Shown here: piece after piece, positions 49,227 through 58,224 of the stretch
Position numbering within the stretch: position 1 is the first letter of the stretch
How the letters are laid out: each line of letters starts with the position of its first letter
Assembly (NCBI GenBank): GCA_963717465.1
Contig: OY970340.1
Coordinates: forward strand, 96,001-160,000
DNA from: Candidatus Bathyarchaeota archaeon
Lineage (GTDB): Archaea; Thermoproteota; Bathyarchaeia; Bathyarchaeales; Bathycorpusculaceae
Direction of reading: 5' to 3'
DNA length: 64,000 nt
Position numbers and translations under genes: made by a program
Notes under the pieces: model-generated
Told to the model about the DNA's origin: nothing
Databases searched by the model: none
The model's input: only the letters and a program-made list of their open reading frames with translations

Positions 49227-52109
49227 ATGCCCGAAGAATCGCCAAGAACGACTAACCAATTTCGCAAATTCGGCAATTATCTTGTAGGAGATATACCATG
49301 GGGAACGCATCTTTGTCAATTTTACGAGTCAAAACAAGACTTAATCGACATTTTGGTTCCTTACTTTGCTGAAGGTCTCAACAGCAATGAATTCTGCATG
49401 TGGGTTACTTCTCCACCTCTTGAGGTTAAAGAAGCCAAACAAGCACTTGCCAAAGCAGTCTCAAATATAGATGACTATCTGCGAAAAGGGCAACTTGAGG
49501 TAATGTCTTATAACGATTGGTACTTGCAAAGTGGAAAGTTTGATGCTGACCGAGTCCTACAGGGTTGGGTTGACAAAGAGAAGAAAGCATTGGAAAGTGG
49601 TTTCGAAGGTTTACGTCTTAGCGGTAACACTTTCTGGGTTGAACGGAGTCTTTGGCAAAATTTTGCCTCTTATGAAAAGACCGTGAACTCGATTATCGGC
49701 AAGCACAAGATGCTTGCCCTTTGCACCTATCGTTTATCGAACTGCTCAGGCACGGATGTTGTAGACGTGGTTCGCAATCATGTTGGAGCGCTGATTAAAC
49801 AAGGCAAAAAATGGGTTCTAGTTGAGGATGTAGTGCACCGTAAGAAAGCCGAGCAAGAGCTTTGGAATGCGAAGACCGATTGGGAACGAACTTTTGATGC
49901 TATTCCTGATTTCATAGCAATCTTGGATAATAAGTTTAGAATAGTGCGGGTTAATTTGGCTATGGCAAAGCAGTTAGGGGTATCTCCTGAAGATGCTGTG
50001 GGATTGAAATGTTATGAATGCGTTCATGGAACAGCATCTCCGCCGAATTATTGTCCCCATGCCCAACTATTAAGAGATGGCAAGGAGCATTCCAGCGAGG
50101 TTTTTGAAGATCGTCTTGGCGGGGACTTTTTGGTTAGCACCACTCCGCTTGTGGATGAAAATAAAAAATTAATTGGTTGTGTGCATGTTGCACGGAACAT
50201 TACTCATCGTAAAAAAGCCGAAGATGATCTTAAGAGAAGTGAACAGCGGTGGATAACCACTGTGTCTAGCATTGGCGATGGGGTTATTACGACTAATTTG
50301 GATGGTAATGTCACTTTCCTTAATAGCGTTGCACAAGAGTTGACTGGTTGGAAGCTTAATGAAGCTTTACAAAAGCCGCTTAAAGAAGTCTTCAATATAG
50401 TTAATGAATTCAGCCGTAAGGAAGTTGAAAACCCAGTTAGCCGAGTTCTCAAGGAAGGTACAATTGTAGGGCTTGCTAATCATACACTTCTAATAAAGAA
50501 GAACGGTGAAGAAATTCCCGTTGACGATAGTGGTGCTCCGATAAAAGATAAAGACGGACACGTTTCGGGTGTTGTGCTAGTTTTCCGCGATATAACTGTG
50601 CGGAAAAAAATGGAGAAGGAGTTAATCAGCCTTGCCAAGTTTCCGTCCGAAAACCCGAATATCGTATTGCGTGTCGACAAAAGCGGTGTTATCTTGTATG
50701 CTAATCCTGGGAGCCAAAACTTGCTTTACCAGATCAAATTAGAGCCAGGCGATCTAATTCAAGAACCTTGGCTTTCAAACATAACTGAGGCTTTTTCTAC
50801 TAACAGCAAGATAGTTTTTGAAGAAAAAGTAGGAGAACGCGTCTTTTTGTTTAATACTGCGCCGATTCTTCAGGAAGGATACGTGAATGTTTATGGAATC
50901 GACATTACTGAACGCAAGAAAGCTGAAGAAGCACTTAAAGAGAGTGAAGAACGCTTTTCCAAGGCATTTAATGCAAATCCTAATCCTATACTAATCCAAA
51001 GAGTCAGCAATACTATATTTGTTGACACGAACGAAGCATACTTGCACCTGTTTGGGTTCAAGAAACATGAAATTATTGGGCACACGGCTGCAGAGCTGGG
51101 AATAGTAATAGACCCTAAAGTCAGAGCGGAAATAATTAGTGGGTCAAAGCAACACAAAATTGCTAGCAATGAATCCGTATTCATGACGAGGAGAGGAGAA
51201 CATCGGTATCTGTTGATTTCAACGGCAATAATCACTTTTAATGGAGAAGATCACTTTTTATCGATTCTTACAGATATCACAGAGCGTAAGAAATCGGAAG
51301 AAGACCTAAGAGAACGCACTCAGCAATTAGAAGTTTCACAAAAAAAACTTGAAGAAAATGCTTTCCAGCTTGAGGAGTATGCAAGCCAAATGGAGGACCT
51401 TGCAAAGGCTAGGCTGGAGCAACTTAAGGATGCTGAAAGATTGGCTGCAATTGGGGCAACGGCAGGCATGGTTGGTCATGACATCCGTAATCCCCTACAA
51501 TCTATAATGAATGACTTGTATTTAGCGAAGATAGACTTATCTGATCTTCCAGATAGTGAACAAAAGGAGAGTATTCTAGAAAGCGTGAGAGCAATTGAAC
51601 AATCCGTGGATTATGTTAATAAGATTGTTCAGGACTTGCAGGACTTTGCAAAACAAATCAAGCCTACCAAAAAAGAAACCGAAGTTGAAGAACTAATTAG
51701 TCTAGTTATTTCAAAAAGTAATTTGCTTCCAAACATTAAAGTAAAAACGAAAGTTCAGAAAGAAGCAAACACAATTATAACTGATCCAGATTTGCTTAGA
51801 AGAATTATTAGCAACTTAGTTTCAAACGCGTTCCAAGCAATGCCAAACGGTGGGAAACTCGATATAGACGTTTATATGGAAAGAGAAAGCGTCGTCATTT
51901 CAGTCAGTGATTCTGGCCATGGAATTCCTGAAGATGCAAGAGACAAGCTGTTCACTCCGCTTTTTACAACTAAATCTAAAGGTCAAGGTTTCGGTTTAGC
52001 TGTAGTCAAACGCATTACTGAAGCCTTAGATGGCTCTGTGTCCTTCGAGAGTGAAGTTGGCAAAGGAACTAAATTCATTTTAAAGTTTCCAAAATCATCT
52101 AAAGTCTAA
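49227..52109 (+). CDS. MEDS-PAS(x4) sensor histidine kinase
   Basis: WGTHLCQFY (MEDS), PAS repeats, GHDIRNPL H-box, and N/G1/F/G2 boxes. Confidence 0.92.
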   Translation: MPEESPRTTNQFRKFGNYLVGDIPWGTHLCQFYESKQDLIDILVPYFAEGLNSNEFCMWVTSPPLEVKEAKQALAKAVSNIDDYLRKGQLEVMSYNDWYLQSGKFDADRVLQGWVDKEKKALESGFEGLRLSGNTFWVERSLWQNFASYEKTVNSIIGKHKMLALCTYRLSNCSGTDVVDVVRNHVGALIKQGKKWVLVEDVVHRKKAEQELWNAKTDWERTFDAIPDFIAILDNKFRIVRVNLAMAKQLGVSPEDAVGLKCYECVHGTASPPNYCPHAQLLRDGKEHSSEVFEDRLGGDFLVSTTPLVDENKKLIGCVHVARNITHRKKAEDDLKRSEQRWITTVSSIGDGVITTNLDGNVTFLNSVAQELTGWKLNEALQKPLKEVFNIVNEFSRKEVENPVSRVLKEGTIVGLANHTLLIKKNGEEIPVDDSGAPIKDKDGHVSGVVLVFRDITVRKKMEKELISLAKFPSENPNIVLRVDKSGVILYANPGSQNLLYQIKLEPGDLIQEPWLSNITEAFSTNSKIVFEEKVGERVFLFNTAPILQEGYVNVYGIDITERKKAEEALKESEERFSKAFNANPNPILIQRVSNTIFVDTNEAYLHLFGFKKHEIIGHTAAELGIVIDPKVRAEIISGSKQHKIASNESVFMTRRGEHRYLLISTAIITFNGEDHFLSILTDITERKKSEEDLRERTQQLEVSQKKLEENAFQLEEYASQMEDLAKARLEQLKDAERLAAIGATAGMVGHDIRNPLQSIMNDLYLAKIDLSDLPDSEQKESILESVRAIEQSVDYVNKIVQDLQDFAKQIKPTKKETEVEELISLVISKSNLLPNIKVKTKVQKEANTIITDPDLLRRIISNLVSNAFQAMPNGGKLDIDVYMERESVVISVSDSGHGIPEDARDKLFTPLFTTKSKGQGFGLAVVKRITEALDGSVSFESEVGKGTKFILKFPKSSKV

Positions 52110-52293
52110 TTGCAAATCAGCATTTAACGTTCAATTCTTTTGCAGCGATTCCCGTTTAGCCATGCGTTAATTCAAGCATTTAAGGTGGTCAAAAAGTAAT
52201 TGCATCATTTCATCTATTTTAAACAAGGTTAATTAGTTGCAGTCAATTTCGTTTGTCTTTAAAGCTAGCGACATCTGCGTTTCTCTGCAGCAC

Positions 52294-53064
52294 TTAATGC
52301 TTCGGGTAAGCAACTTGAGGTCTTTTAGTTATAAAGGACTTGTCAACGTCTTCGCAAATTCTAATTGCAAGCTTAATAGGTATTCCAAGCGCCATGTGGT
52401 CTTCTGGGAACCAACAGTTGCCAGTAGGATCAACTGGTCCTATATAAGCCGAGTCTTTGGGTGCTTTTTCTGTTAATCCAGCTGGATAAGTCAGTATTGT
52501 AGAGCAAAATGGACCCCAAGCACAGTTTACAGCGTTGAATGGTTCTATGCTGCCGAAATGGATAAGGCTGCAAAGATTGCGTATTTGTTCAGCATTGCCA
52601 AAGCATATGATTGCTTTAACATCAGTGTCTTTGGCACACTCTTCACAAGGGCTTATAACAGTATACGATCCTAACGGTGAAATTGTGCCGACAGCCTTTT
52701 TTGATTCTCTAACAACTTCTGGACTGGCTTTCAAGAATTCCGCTTCACCATTCCTGAACTCCTTTGTGCCATAAGAAATAAAATAGTCGAGTAAAGGCGC
52801 CATTTTCCCGTATCCAGTCCAACCTACGCCTCCGGGACAGCATCCGTCGATTGCTCCTTTGCCAAAATAGAGCGGTGGAGTGTTTTCCTTGAAAGCTGCT
52901 GTAAATATAGCTTTTACGAGACATTGGTTCAATGAAGTTATCGGTATTGCATTTTCTGGAATGGTTTCTGTGCCGTACACGCATAACGGTTTTGCCTTTA
53001 ATCTTCCTGCGAAATTAATTTTTTGTCCGATTTCTAATATTGATAATGAACCCATAATGTTCAC
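52294..53064 (-). CDS. DUF169 family protein
   Basis: CCPGG..W.G, EFLKASPE and WGPFC motifs. Confidence 0.65.
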   Translation of the reverse strand: MNIMGSLSILEIGQKINFAGRLKAKPLCVYGTETIPENAIPITSLNQCLVKAIFTAAFKENTPPLYFGKGAIDGCCPGGVGWTGYGKMAPLLDYFISYGTKEFRNGEAEFLKASPEVVRESKKAVGTISPLGSYTVISPCEECAKDTDVKAIICFGNAEQIRNLCSLIHFGSIEPFNAVNCAWGPFCSTILTYPAGLTEKAPKDSAYIGPVDPTGNCWFPEDHMALGIPIKLAIRICEDVDKSFITKRPQVAYPKH

Positions 53065-53239
53065 CTTAATGTTGAGTTCCTAATTAACCGCAATAAAGTG
53101 AGACTTATTTAACAATTATGCAAAAAAGCGATAAAGAAAAAATGCCGATCTCAAGCAACGTCTAGTTTTCGCATACTGTCAGAAAAAAGAAAACCTTTTC
53201 GAAGAATTTTTTGACTTTACTCGGGAATTTCTTTTTAGC

Positions 53240-54221
53240 CTAAATTGGGTAGGCTCCGCATATTCGGCAGAATTGCACTCGTGTTTTTACGTAACCTTTG
53301 CATTCGGGGCATTGTCTTGCGCCATCAATTGCAATTGGGATATTCTGAGGGTTTTCCGAAGATTTTCCTAAAGTACTTGTAGTAAAATAGTTGTTCTTTA
53401 TCACGGATTTGTACGTCATCTTTTTCGAGAATACGCTTCTTTTCCTCTTTGAATTCTTTGTCGTTAAACTCTTTCGCTAAAACTGTGCTAAGAGCGTCTG
53501 CTCCTGTTCCTTGTTCTATGGGTGCTTTTGCCCGCCAGATAACTTCTTTTGGTATAGCGTCCTCGTAGGATTTGCGTAATAATCCATTTGCTGAATTTTT
53601 CGCCTTCATGTAGGTTTATTTTAACTTTTATCGGCAATTTTTTTGCCCAATCCATGAATAATGGTCCAGATACGGCTGTTTTACATCCATCCCAGTGACT
53701 GTGCCATTGGCGTTGAAGAGAAACTCATTCCAGCCCACATGTTCAATTGTTGCTGTTGAAACTCTTTTTCTGAGAAGTGAAATTGCCAGGGATAACCGAA
53801 TAGCTCGTCTAATCCATCTCCTGTGAAGACTGTTTTTAATCCCTTATTTTTCATGACGTTAAGCCGATATAAATTGGGATGCTGTTTCTTACTTCCATAG
53901 GATCAAATGTCTTTAGAATTTTGATTACTTCGGGAGCGGTTTTTATAGCATCTTCTTTTGTAAAAATGTGAGTTTGATGGGAGAGTTTAAGGAAACTACC
54001 ATTTTCTCAACGAATTTTGTATCTCTTGGGTTTCCTTGTTCAAAAGCTATTGTTAAAGCGGACAGATTCGGCTTGTGCTTCACTGCCTCATAAGCTATGA
54101 CTGAAGTGTCAGTTCCCGCAGAAAATAAGATACCTTCAGCCATATTTTTCAAAACAACTTTCTTTATTAAATCACGTGTTTCAGATATTAAAGGAAGATA
54201 TTTTTCAGCCTCAAGCGCCAT
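53240..54221 (-). CDS. Asparagine-synthase C-terminal-domain-like protein with C-terminal zinc ribbon; multiple frameshifts
   Basis: LFSAGTDTS PP-loop, FTGDGLDELF, WRAKAPIEQGTG, and CPECKG...FCRICGAYPI across several frames. Confidence 0.75.
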
Positions 54222-54425
54222 TTCGATTCCTCTCTGTCTAAAAGCTTGTTTTGCATCCACTATTTAAACTTACTATTTGAAGCATGGAATTCTAGAAAAC
54301 ATGACAAGTGAGGCAAGTAAGGTACTATAAACTGGATAATTGTTGAATATCAGGAATTTCCATCCATGAATACATAAAGCTTCAATTAAAAAATTAGCCA
54401 GAACGGAATTCTAAAGAATAGGGGA

Positions 54426-55337
54426 TTAATATTGGAAAATTTTGTGAATCGGATGTGAGCTATTTAGCAGTTTTGTTCCTAAACCAGAAGTTGCTGTTGC
54501 GATGTAAGTGTCAGTTATGGCGACTGCTGGGAACACCCATTCTGCTTGCTCTGCTGGACCAATCATAAGCCAGTTTGCGCCTGCCGTTTGCATGATAGCG
54601 TTTGTTGCAGTTACACAGCCCTTTCGAAATTCTTTGGCAATTTTCGTTTTGACCCAACTCATTGTTGTAGCAACATTTCCACTTACTAAACCAACGGGAT
54701 GCCCATACTTTTCCTTTATTAGTGACATAGCTCTAACTGCGGTACCCATTTCAGGAGTGAACGCGGGGATAGAAGCGTCAATCAACGGCTTTGTAATTCC
54801 AGCTTTATGAGCTAACGCTAATACTTCATCAATAATCTGCAATTTTCCCTCAGCACTGTTGTCTTGAGGATTATCAGCGATAACGATACACGCTTTTATT
54901 CCAGATTCCTTAAGCACAGCCAATTCCGCCTTATCAATGCCCTTGTAAATCGAGTTGTATATGCATCTATCTTGAAGACCCATTTGCTTAGCAAGCTTTG
55001 CGGCACCTATATGAGCGTCATGACCCACAGCATCAAGCAAGAGTGGTGCATCACTGTGTTTAGCAAGGAAATCCATGTATTTTCCAAAAGCTTCTTCGGT
55101 CGTGCCAAATACATCAAAGGCAAATTTGACCCCAGTTAGGTCACTTTGAGTTTGTACTCTGTTGATTATTTTTTCTGCCTCATTCTTATCAAAGATGCCT
55201 TTATCGACATCTTGAACAATTTTTTGAGTAAGCCAAAAGATTGAGCACATCAAAAAAGTGGGTAACTCGCCAGGCTGACCGCCGACTTTTACTCCACCTA
55301 TCTCGTAAATATTTTGTTTAGTTTTAAACTTAAACAT
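54426..55337 (-). CDS. mtrH: MtrH/MtgA-family methylcorrinoid:tetrahydropterin methyltransferase
   Basis: GGVKVGGQPGELPT..SIF, IYNSI and HPIHKIF motifs. Confidence 0.88.
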   Translation of the reverse strand: MFKFKTKQNIYEIGGVKVGGQPGELPTFLMCSIFWLTQKIVQDVDKGIFDKNEAEKIINRVQTQSDLTGVKFAFDVFGTTEEAFGKYMDFLAKHSDAPLLLDAVGHDAHIGAAKLAKQMGLQDRCIYNSIYKGIDKAELAVLKESGIKACIVIADNPQDNSAEGKLQIIDEVLALAHKAGITKPLIDASIPAFTPEMGTAVRAMSLIKEKYGHPVGLVSGNVATTMSWVKTKIAKEFRKGCVTATNAIMQTAGANWLMIGPAEQAEWVFPAVAITDTYIATATSGLGTKLLNSSHPIHKIFQY

Positions 55338-55781
55338 TTAACTTTCACTAGTTATTTTTTTATTTATCGCTTTTTTAGCAATTTTAACGGCTTCATCTTT
55401 GTCTTTACCAAAGAATGCACCGAATTTGTCAGCATCTTCTTTTTTAACCGCAGCACCGCCGATAATGATAGTTAATTTGTCTGTCAATTTGGTTACTTTT
55501 AATGTTTCCGCTATCATCTGCAAATTATTCTTCGCCGCCAGCGTATTTATTGAAAGCACAAGCAGGTTTGCCCTATTTTCTTTTACTTTATCAATAAAAA
55601 CTTTTGGGGCAACATTTTTTCCGACGTCAATAGTCTTAAAACCAGCGCGTTTTAATGATCGACGAACCGTTTCTTTCGGGGCATCATGCATGTCAGGTTC
55701 TAGATTTCCTATAACTAAAACTCCGAGAGGGTTTTTTGGCTCAGGCGGTTCTTTTTCCATCACAGACTTAAGCCATGACAT
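55338..55781 (-). CDS. Stand-alone cobalamin-binding domain protein
   Basis: GNLEPDMHDAPK variant of DxHxxG, IDVGKNV, and IIGGAAV. Confidence 0.8.
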   Translation of the reverse strand: MSWLKSVMEKEPPEPKNPLGVLVIGNLEPDMHDAPKETVRRSLKRAGFKTIDVGKNVAPKVFIDKVKENRANLLVLSINTLAAKNNLQMIAETLKVTKLTDKLTIIIGGAAVKKEDADKFGAFFGKDKDEAVKIAKKAINKKITSES

Positions 55782-56095
55782 TCAACATTAACCTTTTTGA
55801 GTTTTTCTTTTTCTATTTTGCAGTATAAAAGGCAATATGTGATAACTTATATGGCTTTTCACAAGAATTGAGTGTTTTATCATTCAAATAATGTATTATC
55901 GCTTAATTTCTTTGTTATCAAATCATTGTAACGGTTTCCAGTTTGTTCGGAAATCAAACAATTTCCATGAATGTTCTTGTCACTCGTTTTTGTTGGGTAA
56001 CTTCATATTTTTATCGATTTTAGTTTTTGACCTGAAATTTCATAGAAAAATTAATTTTCTTAAAAAAATTATTAAATTAAGGGATGCAATACAAT

Positions 56096-56677
56096 TTGGC
56101 TAAAGAGTCTGTTTTAACTGTTTTTACAATTGGGCATTCTACCCGAACGCTTGAGGAGTTCACGGGTTTGCTCAAGGTATACGGTGTTTCCTTAGTTGTA
56201 GATGTCCGAACGGTTCCCCATAGCCGTTACAACCCACAGTTTAACAAAGAAAACTTGCCAAGCGCACTCAAACCAATCGGCATAAAATACATTCATATGC
56301 CAGAAATCGGCGGATTACGCAGACCAAAACGAGACTCAATAAACATCGCATGGAAGAACAGCAGCTTTAGAGGTTACGCGGACTTTATGCAGACAAAAGA
56401 ATTCACCGATAACCTGCTGAAGCTAATCACTCTTGCTCGCGAAAATTGCCTTGCAATCATGTGCGCTGAAGCTGTGCCTTGGCGATGCCACCGAAATCTG
56501 CTCTCTGATGCGTTGGTTGTTCGGCATGTGAAGGTGATGCATATTTTAAATGCAAATAGTTGCGTTAGCCACGAATTGAATGAGACTGCTCATGTTGAGG
56601 GAAACATGGTAACTTATCCATTGTTCAACAAAGAAACACCTCAGAGAACACTCGGCGATTTTGGGTCAAACGTTTAA
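56096..56677 (+). CDS. DUF488 family protein
   Basis: FTIGHSTR, DVRTVPHSR and MCAEAVPWRCHR motifs. Confidence 0.9.
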   Translation: MAKESVLTVFTIGHSTRTLEEFTGLLKVYGVSLVVDVRTVPHSRYNPQFNKENLPSALKPIGIKYIHMPEIGGLRRPKRDSINIAWKNSSFRGYADFMQTKEFTDNLLKLITLARENCLAIMCAEAVPWRCHRNLLSDALVVRHVKVMHILNANSCVSHELNETAHVEGNMVTYPLFNKETPQRTLGDFGSNV

Positions 56678-58044
56678 AGTTGTGATTCTGAAATTTTCTG
56701 CAGTTTTGCGATGAAAAAACCATTGCATTGATCAATATGTGGGTATAATCTTCGGCATTTTGTTAGGTCATGCATGCCAGCTGAACCAAGTTGTGGCTTA
56801 ATTTCCGTCAGAGCGAATTCCGGATGCGAATTCAAAAATTTTTCAATTATCAACTCATTCTCCTCTAAGGTTATGCTGCATGTAGAATAAGTTAAAGCGC
56901 CTCCCAACTTCACTTTTTCAGCACAATTGTTGATCATTTGCCACTGAATTGCTGCCATTCTCTGGATAGACGCAGGTTTAATTCGCCATTTAGCTGAAGG
57001 CTGCTTGGCAAAGACACCTGTACTCGTGCATGGAGGATCTAAGACTACTAAATCTGCTTCACAATTGATCGGCAAAGAAGCACAAGCATTCGCGATCAAA
57101 GGTTCTGCAATATTTACTCCCATTAATTCTACTTGTTGTTTCCAGACTTTTATTCGTCGAGATGAAAAATCAACTGAATATATTTCTCCGTTGTTTTGCA
57201 TGAGTTGAGCGAGATAAGTGGTTTTTGCGCCTGGAGCTGCACAGACATCAAATACGGTGCTGCCAATTTTCGGGTCGGCAGCTTCAGCTGCAAAACAGCT
57301 CGCTTTATCCTGAACATAAAACAGTCCATCCTTGAAACTGTGCAACGAGTTTAATGGATGCTTTATGTTTGGCAAGCTATAGGTATATTTTAACGGTTCA
57401 ATTTTTATCGGTTGCAAGCCTTCTTCGCCGAGCCTGTGCAGGGTCTCCTCTTCAGAAGCCTTCAGAGTGTTCAGTCGAATGTAAGTTGGCGGTGGAGTTA
57501 CACTTCCCTTAAGAAAGGCTAATGCTTCGTCGTGTCCGAAAAGGTTGAAGCAATAGCTAACGAACCAAGATGGATGAAAAGTTTGAACACTAACTTTTTC
57601 CTCATCGCTTACTCCGTTTAAGATCGTTTCCAATTGTCGCGTCAGCAAAACGCCCAGTACAGGCTCCACTTCGATCAGGGTTTTCCAGCCTAATATTGAC
57701 CTGCCAAGACCTGCAATGCTCTTCGCTTCATCGAGGTTAATTTTGCCCCAATTTTTTTCCACGCGTGTTTGGTAAACATAAAGCCTCAGAAAAGATTGAA
57801 CCCCAAGGTTAAATTCCACTATTTTTTTGGGCGCAATTACCGAGTTAACAAATTTATCTATGAGATTTTTGCGTCTTGTAGTTTCAACCACTAAACCGAA
57901 AGCATAACGAATTGAGTCAGGACTGCTTATGTTCAACTGTTTTGTTGTCCTTACTAAGGCTAAGCGTTCACTTAGTCTTTGTTTTTCCATCCAGCTTAAT
58001 GTTTCAATGGCAACGGTCCAAGCATCTTTTAACAAATTATTCAC
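56674..58044 (-). CDS. RsmB/NOP2-family RNA m5C methyltransferase
   Basis: DVCAAPGAKT, LDPPCT and YSTCS..EENE motifs. Confidence 0.92.
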   Translation of the reverse strand: MNNLLKDAWTVAIETLSWMEKQRLSERLALVRTTKQLNISSPDSIRYAFGLVVETTRRKNLIDKFVNSVIAPKKIVEFNLGVQSFLRLYVYQTRVEKNWGKINLDEAKSIAGLGRSILGWKTLIEVEPVLGVLLTRQLETILNGVSDEEKVSVQTFHPSWFVSYCFNLFGHDEALAFLKGSVTPPPTYIRLNTLKASEEETLHRLGEEGLQPIKIEPLKYTYSLPNIKHPLNSLHSFKDGLFYVQDKASCFAAEAADPKIGSTVFDVCAAPGAKTTYLAQLMQNNGEIYSVDFSSRRIKVWKQQVELMGVNIAEPLIANACASLPINCEADLVVLDPPCTSTGVFAKQPSAKWRIKPASIQRMAAIQWQMINNCAEKVKLGGALTYSTCSITLEENELIIEKFLNSHPEFALTEIKPQLGSAGMHDLTKCRRLYPHIDQCNGFFIAKLQKISESQL

Positions 58045-58224
58045 AGCCTAAATGATTATCAGGGTTCTAAATAAGAATTAGAGTAAATAAAGCTGAAATT
58101 AAGAATAAATCATCATTTTTAGCCGACCTTATTTGACTAATTTTTGCCTTGAATCTTTTATCATCTGGCAAGCAAAGATTTTAGTGTCGTTGCACCATAG
58201 AAATGCCAAGGTAAAGAAGGGAAA

